A stretch of 20,000 bases of DNA from positions 59,383 through 79,382 of the forward strand of contig CAYMEV010000019.1 of the NCBI GenBank assembly GCA_964389675.1, given 5' to 3'. Each line of letters opens with the position of its first letter. Position 1 is the first letter of the stretch. The position numbers were made by a program, and so were the translations under genes. The notes below the pieces were generated by a model, which had not been told where the DNA came from, did no database searches, and saw only the letters and a program-made list of their open reading frames with translations. Below are positions 1 to 7,542 of the stretch, one piece after another. The stretch is from an uncultured Candidatus Sumerlaeota bacterium. GTDB taxonomy: Bacteria > CAYMEV01.

Positions 1-318
1 ATTAGATATTATGGGTGCTATTCCAATGCCTGCAGGGGCAAAAGGAAAAAGAGGGACATAAAGATAATTAATGATCCCCCGGATATAAGGTCAGCCCGCA
101 GGTCATGGGCAATGTTGATATACAGGGTATATGAGATAGATCGCTGAAATGTCGCGTTTTTTGTCTGCAGCTCTGATATGAAAATAATAGCCTTTATTCA
201 AAAAAGGCATGAGATTATAAAGATGCTAAAACATATAGGTATGTACCCTACAGAAATACCTGTAATAGAATCAAGGGCATCACCTCCTGAATACCTCAGA
301 GCTTCTGCTACTTTATAG
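1..318 (+). pseudogene. IS91-family (Y2/HUH rolling-circle) transposase, C-terminal remnant, runs off window start
   Basis: Frame 1 reads IRYYGCYSNACRGKRKK...SWAMLIYRVYEIDR*...CSSDMKIIAFI...IIKMLKHIG...RASPP. This matches the typical IS91-family C-terminus (RYYGxY; W..LI..VYEIDPLxCxxC..MKIIAFI...IL.HLG...RAPP). In-frame TGA at 145-147; final TAG at 316-318. Confidence 0.8.
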
Positions 319-612
319 ATTAATATTTTTTAACAGGATTTATAGTCATCAAAAGGGCTATTGTTATTTTTGCCTTAAAAGAGGCCAAAAAGCCTATAAA
401 ATAAGCAATTTGAGAAAAATTATGTGGTTTCATTAGAAATTAATACCCAAAATTCAAAATATATGCAGAATATTATAAGGATTTGAATAATCTGGACCAG
501 ATTTATGAGATTTGAGCTAAAGGGTAAAAATTGATTTTCTTATCAGTATGAGCGGGAAATATCTGCATCCCTGACTTTATACAAGACTGTTGCAAAGCCT
601 TTTTAATAAAAC

Positions 613-1275
613 TTAGCGAATTTTTGGTATAGGGTTTTCATCCTTCCAGCCACAGTAGCAATCGCAGGTATAATCCGGATTGCATATTAGTGTTACGAAA
701 ACAGTTTCGCACTGGATTGTTTTGCATAAGCCCCAGGAGCAATAACACTCAAAGGTATGAGATTTCGGGTTATTGAGCCTTGAGCCTGTTTTGAATGCAA
801 AAGGAACTATATCTGACATTACTTTTATTTCTCTTACGGTATGTTCAGTTAATTCTGAATTATCTTCAAGCAAATAGATTATTCTAATAATATCATTATA
901 TTTAATCTGTTTTTTATCCAGCATTACCTTTGCTCTGATGCCATTGCTCTTAATATCGGAGACTGTGGATGAAGCCGTCTGGGAATTATTCAATTCATCA
1001 GTTCCAGTTAAGCTTTTATCCCATGCAGCATAAATCAGCTCATCCATATCTGCTGATTTTAAATATACTTTTATTGCAGATATATTTTTTTGAGCTGCCG
1101 GTTCAAAGCATATTAGTAAGCCATATTGACTGTTATCCTCAAAATATCCAAAAAACATATCTCCTTCATTAAGATCAGTTTTTTCAGCCATATCAAAAAA
1201 ATTTGATAAATCAGCCGCATGTAGAATTACAGCCGATAAACCGATTGCCAGAAATAAAACAAAAAATCTTTTCAT
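613..1275 (-). CDS. Exported hypothetical protein with Cys-rich C-terminal tail
   Basis: 220-aa ORF with AGGAGG RBS upstream, Sec-type signal peptide (MKRFFVLFLAIGLSAVILHA) and 8 Cys in the C-terminal segment. No family recognised. Confidence 0.8.
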   Translation of the reverse strand: MKRFFVLFLAIGLSAVILHAADLSNFFDMAEKTDLNEGDMFFGYFEDNSQYGLLICFEPAAQKNISAIKVYLKSADMDELIYAAWDKSLTGTDELNNSQTASSTVSDIKSNGIRAKVMLDKKQIKYNDIIRIIYLLEDNSELTEHTVREIKVMSDIVPFAFKTGSRLNNPKSHTFECYCSWGLCKTIQCETVFVTLICNPDYTCDCYCGWKDENPIPKIR

Positions 1276-1325
1276 ATAGAGTACCTCCTTATATTTGCCA
1301 GCTTTGCAACAACCACCATAGATTA

Positions 1326-1354
1326 ATTATATGGTAATTTAAGCCTTCAGTCAA
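1326..1354 (-). promoter_or_regulatory. Sigma70-type promoter for 613..1275
   Basis: Minus strand TTGACT (1354-1349), 17-bp spacer, TATAAT (1331-1326), about 50 bp upstream of the ATG. Confidence 0.75.
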
Positions 1355-1369
1355 GGGGGAAAATATATT

Positions 1370-1389
1370 TGTCAAAACAAAATAGAAAT
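1370..1389 (-). repeat. 20-bp IS terminal repeat, copy 1 (inverted partner at 18055-18074)
   Basis: TGTCAAAACAAAATAGAAAT is the exact reverse complement of 18055-18074. Confidence 0.9.
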
Positions 1390-1798
1390 GTCCCATTTTT
1401 ATAATATCCTGAATTATAGATTCTATTCCTGTTAGTTTGAATTTTATATTCCAGACATGGCCGGGTTTTGCTGATTCTTTGCTTTGGATTTTTCTTAGAC
1501 CCATTTCTTTTATCAATATATCTTGAAAAGTCCCGAATAATCTCTCCGCCCTGCCCCTGGTCCGGGGAGAAAAAGCACGGATAACTAAAACGCCATGATC
1601 ATTCATAGCCCTCTCAAACTGACTCATAGATTTCTCACCAAGCAACTGCTCCTCCATGATCTGCTTCTTAGCATTTATATACTGCCTCGATTAAATGTGA
1701 AATATAACCCCTGAATTTGTCCATTGCAGGGATTGTACCTTCATAATCATAAAATCTGTAAAACCCATCAATACCATAGATGGACATCTGTCCTCTAA
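1370..1798 (-). mobile_element. Degenerate ISNCY/IS1202-like (DDE) insertion sequence: transposase fragments plus right terminal IR
   Basis: Minus-strand fragments LEDRCPSMVLMGFTD / RFYDYEGTIPAMDKFRGYI / SQFERAMNDHGVLVIRAFSPRTRGRAERLFGTFQDILIKEM resemble the ISNCY core (W.E.RG...L...IDDAT; S.QAKGRVERLF.T.QDRL.KE). Deletions and frameshifts are present. The element ends in GGACATTTCTATTTTGTTTTGACA (1393-1370). Confidence 0.8.
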
Positions 1799-1820
1799 TC
1801 AATTAATTAAGCTTATACAT

Positions 1821-2070
1821 CTAGGCAGCTTTTTTGTCAATAAAGCCATTACATTCATTCCTTTTTCCCATGGGAGAGAGATATCCATTTTCCTCCAGCA
1901 TCCAATGATGATTATAAGTATCGGATAGTTCCTTTATATTGTGATAGGTCCTGCCATATATTATCTGTTCCTTCAATGATCTTTTGAAGTGTTCTACAAT
2001 TCATTGGTCTCTGGTTCTCTCAGGTAACAAAAGCTGGGACAATTCCCCGGTCAGACCTCACAGTTGATAC
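1821..2070 (-). pseudogene. IS3-family/integrase-core transposase C-terminal remnant
   Basis: Minus strand, with frameshifts: STVRSDRG..GI/PSFCYLREPETN/IVEHFKRSLKEQIIYGRTYHNIKEL...YNHHWMLEENGYLSP...KKAA*. This resembles rve integrase-core ends (R.DHG; P.TNG..ERF.RTLKEQ...YN..W...K.GY.SP). Confidence 0.7.
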
Positions 2071-2245
2071 AACGAATAAAGAGGCCGGCCACTTATGAAA
2101 CAGATCAATGACTAGCAGGCACAACAGTAATATTACAGTCTTTCCGGGGACTCGAATTTAATTTCTTCCGAAACAGCCTTGCTGGAAAACATGCCACAGG
2201 CAGTCAAAACAAGCACACGGACTGGTGTGACCGTATAATTATATG

Positions 2246-2446
2246 CTATTTCCGTTTTTGCAGTTTAATCCAATTTTTGAGCCCTTCATGTATATCTTCC
2301 CACAGCTCGCCCTAGTAGAGCAGGTGGGTTTTTCCTTCGCTGGTGTATTCTATGGCTTTCATTATCTTATCTTTCTCCTTACGAAATTCCGACCTTGTAT
2401 CAAGACCATATTGCTGAAACAATTCATTCACAGATATCTTGACCAG
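2246..2446 (-). pseudogene. Unidentified gene fragment with internal stop
   Basis: Minus frame LVKISVNELFQQYGLDTRSEFRKEKDKIMKAIEYTSEGKTHLLY*GELWEDIHEGLKNWIKLQKRK* is protein-like on both sides of a TAG (2314-2312). No convincing start or RBS; family unknown. Confidence 0.35.
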
Positions 2447-2650
2447 TTAAACATACTGCGTAAAACAAAGCTCTCACAAACCTAAAAACAAGACTTAAGC
2501 GCATATACAAACTGACATTAAAAAAAAGTATGGTTAAGTTATAAAGTCTCTAAAGATCAGAAATAAGGTGCCTATACTACTGTCAACAGTTTATACTGCA
2601 AATCAATCTCTTGATTAATATAAATACCTAAATTATAATGACATACTGTC

Positions 2651-2666
2651 TGGAATAAGATTTGCA
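2651..2666 (+). promoter_or_regulatory. Possible sigma54 (-24/-12) promoter
   Basis: TGGAATAAGATTTGCA has exact GG-N10-GC spacing with TTGCA at -12; the -24 box deviates from TGGCAC. Confidence 0.4.
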
Positions 2667-2693
2667 ATATAATCCTGCATAGCAGGATTATAT
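2667..2693. repeat. Perfect 12-bp-arm palindrome
   Basis: ATATAATCCTGC-ATA-GCAGGATTATAT, with no U-tract following it on either strand. Confidence 0.8.
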
Positions 2694-2903
2694 AAAAGAA
2701 GAACACCGGAGAAAATAGCTCTCTAAAAAATAGCATATAACTATTTCAACTATTATGAGAGCATATGTCCTTTCCGTTATGAGAAGGAATACAGACCTTT
2801 TAGGAAAATCATTGGAAAGACAGTCAACAAATACCTATCAGTTTTCTTATCAGTTTACAGAGCAAAAGCCCATTCTATGAAATATGAGTAAATATATTAA
2901 AAA

Positions 2904-2932
2904 TTGACAGTTTTCTGCAGTAATATTAGAAT
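2904..2932 (+). promoter_or_regulatory. Sigma70-type promoter for 2984..3424
   Basis: TTGACA (2904-2909), 17-bp spacer, TAGAAT (2927-2932); RBS AGGAGG at 2973-2978. Confidence 0.7.
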
Positions 2933-2983
2933 AATTAAGAATATAGAAAGCATTTAATAAGCCAAAAAATATAGGAGGTTTTT

Positions 2984-3424
2984 ATGAAAATATTTAAGTT
3001 ATCTGTATTTTTTCTTGCTGTGATCATGATCTTCAGCTTTGTGGCTGTAAACGCGGGTGAAGAAAAGGAACCGCAGGGAATACAGCTGGTAAAACAGCTC
3101 TGGACAGATATGAAAAACGCTGATGTTGAATCAATCGGCAAGTACATCTCACCTCAGTTTCAATCCATCCATGAAGACGGGACAAGGAACAGGGATGAGC
3201 AGATCGAGCTTATAAAGAATCTAAAGATGGGTGAATATGCATTATCTGATTTCTGCATCACAGAAAATGATTCAATAATAATTGTAACATATTTTGTTTC
3301 AGTCGCTGAGACACTTGAAGGGGAAAAACTGCCGGATGTCAAGGCTGCAAGGATGAGCGCATGGCAGAAGACGGATGAAGGCTGTAAATGGATCATTCAT
3401 GCCAATCTCAGGGCTATGAAATAA
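2984..3424 (+). CDS. Exported NTF2/SnoaL-like (DUF4440-type) protein
   Basis: Signal peptide, then W..MKNADVESIGKYISPQFQSIHEDG..NRDE...and RMSAWQKTDEGCKWIIHAN, a typical NTF2-like pattern. Has its own promoter, RBS and terminator. Confidence 0.8.
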   Translation: MKIFKLSVFFLAVIMIFSFVAVNAGEEKEPQGIQLVKQLWTDMKNADVESIGKYISPQFQSIHEDGTRNRDEQIELIKNLKMGEYALSDFCITENDSIIIVTYFVSVAETLEGEKLPDVKAARMSAWQKTDEGCKWIIHANLRAMK

Positions 3425-3440
3425 TTATTTAATTAAAGAC

Positions 3441-3472
3441 GGCAGGGATGCGCTTATCCCTGCCCTTTTTTT
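3441..3472 (+). terminator. Intrinsic terminator
   Basis: GGCAGGGAT-gcgctt-ATCCCTGCC stem-loop followed by C and T7, just after the 3424 stop. Confidence 0.85.
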
Positions 3473-3483
3473 ATGCCATAATA

Positions 3484-4509
3484 TCATACCTGATATACGC
3501 TTTCAGAATCTTCAGGAAGCCTTACCCACATCCTGTCCAGAATGATCACAGCAATTGCTGCTATATTTACGACAGCGATGAAGGAAAGGGAAAATATAAC
3601 ACTTATGTTTTCGGGATAGTTGATCAGTGTACCGCAGGTATTTATGGTAGTGTGGAAAAGGGTGCAAATAAACAGGCTTCCCTTTGTATGATTATAGATC
3701 CATGTAAAAAGGAAAGTAAGCCCTATATTCCAGTAGCACCTGTCAAGGATGGCCCCCGGGCCCCCCGGATACATGCCGTTTATGTACAGCGGCAGATGCC
3801 AGAGTGTCCATATGACAGACAGAATAAGAGTTGATATCAGAGGTGAAAAATGCCACTGCAGCCTGGGAAGTGCAAAGCCTCTCCATCCTATCTCTTCTCT
3901 CAAAGGCCCTCGGACAAGCCCTATATAAAAGAATGATACTATAAGCAATAAAACTGAAGAATATGAAATGTGAGGGTAAATAACGGAAATCGGAGATCCT
4001 GTCCCGATAACCCCTGACAGGCCTGAGATAATATAGATAGCCAGAGGAACGAGAAACGCGATCAGATACCATTTTTTTGAGACACTGAAGTAATAGAGTT
4101 TTTTAAGTAACTGCCTTATACCTGATATGCAGCTCAATCCGCCGCTGATAATATAGGCTGCTATTGCTGCATTTATTAACAATAGAAAGATTGTAATAAA
4201 GGAGGTCCCGGCAATGGGTATGCCCAGATAATAAAACAGCAGAAACAGGGTAATTACCATAGCTGTAAGAAAGACAATGCATCTTGCAGTCGTTTTATTA
4301 TCGGTTTTATTCGGCTTCAAAAAGGCTGAAAGCATAATTGCAGCTATTGCAGGCCCTGATCCGCCTATGGCTGATAAAAGAAGTTTTATATTATTGTCGG
4401 TCGTGCCAAGAATATTTGGCAACAGGAAAAAAAACCATGTGATCAGGAAATTCAGCAAAAAAAAGGATATCAGCTGGTATTTTCTTATATGCTCCTTAAT
4501 AGAATTCAT
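3484..4509 (-). CDS. CPBP family (CAAX/Abi) intramembrane glutamic endopeptidase
   Basis: Polytopic membrane protein with GPLREEIGWRGFALP (EExxxR), WTLWHLP and LFHTTIN (HxxxN) motifs; GGAGG RBS. Confidence 0.92.
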   Translation of the reverse strand: MNSIKEHIRKYQLISFFLLNFLITWFFFLLPNILGTTDNNIKLLLSAIGGSGPAIAAIMLSAFLKPNKTDNKTTARCIVFLTAMVITLFLLFYYLGIPIAGTSFITIFLLLINAAIAAYIISGGLSCISGIRQLLKKLYYFSVSKKWYLIAFLVPLAIYIISGLSGVIGTGSPISVIYPHISYSSVLLLIVSFFYIGLVRGPLREEIGWRGFALPRLQWHFSPLISTLILSVIWTLWHLPLYINGMYPGGPGAILDRCYWNIGLTFLFTWIYNHTKGSLFICTLFHTTINTCGTLINYPENISVIFSLSFIAVVNIAAIAVIILDRMWVRLPEDSESVYQV

Positions 4510-4678
4510 AAAATACCTCCATTATATATTAATATTTTTTAATTCATTCATTTTCCAGATCAGCCAGTCAGGCATATGATTATTTCCATATACTGACAGG
4601 GAAAATTGAATAATTAACCTGAGGACATTTAATGCAAAAATAGTGTTCTGCAGTGCTGATATAATAATCTGAACCTGT

Positions 4679-4879
4679 TTAACCGCCGTGAAATATATGA
4701 AATACTATTACATTTGCATTATCAGGGACTTTATATGTATCGTAATCCTCCTCAGGGACATAAACATCATTTACCATGACAGTGATCAGTACATATATAT
4801 AATTCATCTCTTTTAAGACATCTGAAACGGTCATCCCCTCTTTCCATTCCAGTTTATCCCTGTTATTTACAATTATCAT
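4679..4879 (-). CDS. thiS: Sulfur carrier protein, ThiS/MoaD family
   Basis: 66-aa ubiquitin-like pattern (M.IVN...TVSDVL...VMVND.YV) with C-terminal GG; ATGA overlap with thiF. Confidence 0.88.
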   Translation of the reverse strand: MIIVNNRDKLEWKEGMTVSDVLKEMNYIYVLITVMVNDVYVPEEDYDTYKVPDNANVIVFHIFHGG

Positions 4880-5484
4880 GCAGATACCCTGTTTATAAGT
4901 ATTTCAACAGCCAGATTAGCCTGCATGGCTGCTACAACAGTGACCCTTGCCGAACAGAGGCCTATGTTCATGTCCGTGGCCTGGTCGCCTACCATATAGA
5001 TGTTCCCGGCTCTGCTTATTCTTATATCTTCCGTTTTTCCTATTCCAGAGATACCGCTGGCGCATATTATCGGGATAGACGGAAAGGCTTTCAGCCATTT
5101 TTCAATAAGCCATTTCTTTGACTCTGCCCTGTCAAAAGCCTCGATCATGATATCAGCTGAGTTAAATGTCTCAGAAATATCATCGGGGCACAGCTTCTTA
5201 TATTTTAATTCAAGGTTTATCTCAGGATTAATATTTTTTATATGGCCTGCAAGCGCTTCGACCTTTATTTTTCCTATATCCTGAAGAAAGAAATGCTGGC
5301 GGTTCAGGTTCGATATCTCAACCCTGTCATAATCTGCAAGGATCAGCTTTCCAATCCCGGCCCTTGCAAGCATGACAGCGACATTTGACCCCAGTCCGCC
5401 GCAACCGGCAATCCCTATGCAGTATTTACCGAGGATCTCAGCACTGCCCGGGACATTCCGCCTGTATATTTCATTATAATCCAT
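4876..5484 (-). CDS. thiF: Sulfur-carrier adenylyltransferase, short ThiF family lacking the Zn-binding CxxC pairs
   Basis: IGIAGCGGLGS nucleotide-binding loop, D.DRVEISNLNRQ, EAFDRAESK and A.MQAN motifs. Confidence 0.9.
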   Translation of the reverse strand: MDYNEIYRRNVPGSAEILGKYCIGIAGCGGLGSNVAVMLARAGIGKLILADYDRVEISNLNRQHFFLQDIGKIKVEALAGHIKNINPEINLELKYKKLCPDDISETFNSADIMIEAFDRAESKKWLIEKWLKAFPSIPIICASGISGIGKTEDIRISRAGNIYMVGDQATDMNIGLCSARVTVVAAMQANLAVEILINRVSA

Positions 5485-5490
5485 ACTGAT

Positions 5491-5533
5491 AAAAAAAAGC
5501 CGCTGATATATTTTTTCTTATTATATCAGCGGC
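5491..5533 (-). terminator. Intrinsic terminator after the AOR gene pair, containing an extended -10 motif
   Basis: 12-bp stem GCCGCTGATATA/TATATCAGCGGC (5499-5510, 5522-5533) followed on the minus strand by U8 (5498-5491). Confidence 0.8.
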
Positions 5534-5541
5534 CTGAAGAT

Positions 5542-7542
5542 TTATAAAGCTTTTTTTACGATCTCAACGAGTTCGGGAAGGTCAATCTGGAGCTTTTTCA
5601 GCCTCTCAATAGTCGGGATCCCGTTCATTGTCCACCCTTTACGCTTATAGGCAGCCTCCATGACCTTATCATACTGCTCATAACGGTATTTTCTCAATAT
5701 ATTAAGTTTTTCCTCCACTGATTTACCTTCCGGGTCGACTCCTATAAGCTCTTTAAGCTGTTTATCATACCTTTCGCTTCGCGATTCGTATTCCTCTGGC
5801 GTCACAGGCCCCACAGCCCTCATTGGCGGATAATCGTCCTTCCTGGTCCCGTACCCGAGAAGTATGCAGAGTATTCTCTGAAGGTTATATACCCTTTCAG
5901 ACTGCTCAATCATTTTTGCCTCATCGACCTTTATTCCTGTCATACCTTCAAAGAATTTCCAGTAGTTTTCCACATGCTCCGGTATTTTTGCTGCTACCTG
6001 GGGCGGGTACTTGGTCTTATTATCAGCAGGGGTAATATCATTCCAGACTATCTTGCAAAGCCCCAGAAGGCCGAACCATGTCCTGAAAAGCGGATAGTAA
6101 TAGAGCGCTTCAGCCTTATCCTCAAATGAAGGTATCTGGTTATTGACCATATCCATAAATATCAGCCATGCCTCATCATGCTGAGGGCCTTTCAATGCCA
6201 TGGCATACCCTGCCTGCTGGGCAAGGGATTCCTTTGTGACATACTCGGAAACCTCAAGCCCCTTTACCTCCATTCCTATATCATCCAGGAATTTCCTGTC
6301 AGCTCCGTATTCCTTTTCCCATTTATTCTTCAGGTAACGGATTCCTCTGCCGACATCTACTCCGAAGCCCTCTCCCCTGGCCATTTCATGCAGGCATTCA
6401 AGGGCTTCGTCCTTTGCTCCAAACTTCAGTTCCTTACCGCCTGTATGCTCCTTTGTTATTACGCCTGCTTCATATGCCTCCATCACAAAAGCCATGCAGG
6501 TCGCAAATGATATTGTATCTATTCCGTATGTATCAGCATAGAAATTGTATTCTATGATAAAGGGCAGGTCAAAGCATCCCATATTGGAACCGCCTGCAGC
6601 AGTCTCATACTCCGGGCCGTCCACACAGACTTTCTGCCCCTTGTATGGACCTGTCCGCAGTTCAAAATCATCCACTGTCTTTGCACATGCCATTGAACAG
6701 CCAAGCCAGCATGCATCCGATGCACCCTGAGTAAACCACTCTCTCTGCATGACAAAGGAGCTTATTTTTGCGGTATCCTTATGCTTGCCGAGCCTGTAGT
6801 TCATGACAGGCAGAAGGTCATAAGCATCCATAACATCAACAATGTTTGCTGTACCTACATTCCTCATCCTGCACTGGTCTTTATCCAGCGTTGCCATCTC
6901 AGCATTGACCTTCATGCCCCTGTCTCTGATCATTTTGGCATCCAGCGGTTTATTCAGGTCATCAATTACTTCAATGGCTCCTGTCGGGCAGATATATGCA
7001 CATGATGTACATCCGGTACAGTGAGGGTCTACTTCATTGAAAGGCATTGTGAGATGCCTCTTAATACCTCTGCCGGCATAATCGATAATATCCTGAAGCA
7101 TGAATTCCTTACATGCGCGGACACATCTCCCGCACAATACACATGCTTTCTCATTCTCGTCAGTGAGTTCGCTTTTGTATTTCTCTTTATCTGTAGCGCC
7201 GCATTTTTCTGCAATCAGATTAATAACCGGCACATTCGGAAACCTGCCAAGAAACATCTCTGCAAGGGTTTTGCGGTGTTTTAATACTTTCTCTGAATGG
7301 GTCTCAACGCTTATTTCTTCCCTGACAGGAAAATTACAGGATGTTACAAGCTTTTTTTTGCCTCTCTGCTCAATTTCAACCATGCACAGCCTGCAGGTAC
7401 CGTCCGGTGTCAGATCCTTATGGTGGCAAAGGGTCGGTATATCAATCCCCAATGACTTTATAGCAGTAAGAAGATATGAATCCCTGACAACTTCTACCTT
7501 TTTGCCGTTAATAGTTATTGTTATTTTATTATCAGCCATCAT
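5542..7542 (-). CDS. Fusion: NuoG/HydA-like N-terminal Fe-S domain ([2Fe-2S] + 2x[4Fe-4S]) joined to the C-terminal domains of a W/Mo aldehyde:ferredoxin oxidoreductase
   Basis: aa ~1-195: IPTLCHH..GTCRLCMVE..VTSC, CVLCGRCVRAC, CTGCTSCAYICPTGAI. aa ~200-666: AFOR_C motifs LLPVMNY, CWLGCSMAC, GPEYET, GIDTIS, VKGLE, GLCK, GWTMNGIPT.ERL..L. GGAGGTG RBS; ATGA overlap with the upstream gene. Confidence 0.92.
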   Translation of the reverse strand: MMADNKITITINGKKVEVVRDSYLLTAIKSLGIDIPTLCHHKDLTPDGTCRLCMVEIEQRGKKKLVTSCNFPVREEISVETHSEKVLKHRKTLAEMFLGRFPNVPVINLIAEKCGATDKEKYKSELTDENEKACVLCGRCVRACKEFMLQDIIDYAGRGIKRHLTMPFNEVDPHCTGCTSCAYICPTGAIEVIDDLNKPLDAKMIRDRGMKVNAEMATLDKDQCRMRNVGTANIVDVMDAYDLLPVMNYRLGKHKDTAKISSFVMQREWFTQGASDACWLGCSMACAKTVDDFELRTGPYKGQKVCVDGPEYETAAGGSNMGCFDLPFIIEYNFYADTYGIDTISFATCMAFVMEAYEAGVITKEHTGGKELKFGAKDEALECLHEMARGEGFGVDVGRGIRYLKNKWEKEYGADRKFLDDIGMEVKGLEVSEYVTKESLAQQAGYAMALKGPQHDEAWLIFMDMVNNQIPSFEDKAEALYYYPLFRTWFGLLGLCKIVWNDITPADNKTKYPPQVAAKIPEHVENYWKFFEGMTGIKVDEAKMIEQSERVYNLQRILCILLGYGTRKDDYPPMRAVGPVTPEEYESRSERYDKQLKELIGVDPEGKSVEEKLNILRKYRYEQYDKVMEAAYKRKGWTMNGIPTIERLKKLQIDLPELVEIVKKAL

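Noticed and set aside
145-147. In-frame TGA as possible selenocysteine or recoding
   Set aside because: Better explained by compensating -1/+7 indels in a decayed IS91 transposase, and other genes here use TGA as stop.
1289-1657. 122-aa ORF as a functional gene
   Set aside because: It is a transposase fragment reading through the IS end (GHFYFVLT is the IR) into the neighbouring promoter.
2243-2485. 80-aa plus-strand ORF
   Set aside because: No RBS or recognisable motif; the opposite strand looks more protein-like.
7539-7542. The two AOR fusion ORFs as one frameshifted gene
   Set aside because: The junction is a normal ATGA overlap with a strong GGAGGTG RBS and falls at the natural HydB-end/HydA-start boundary.
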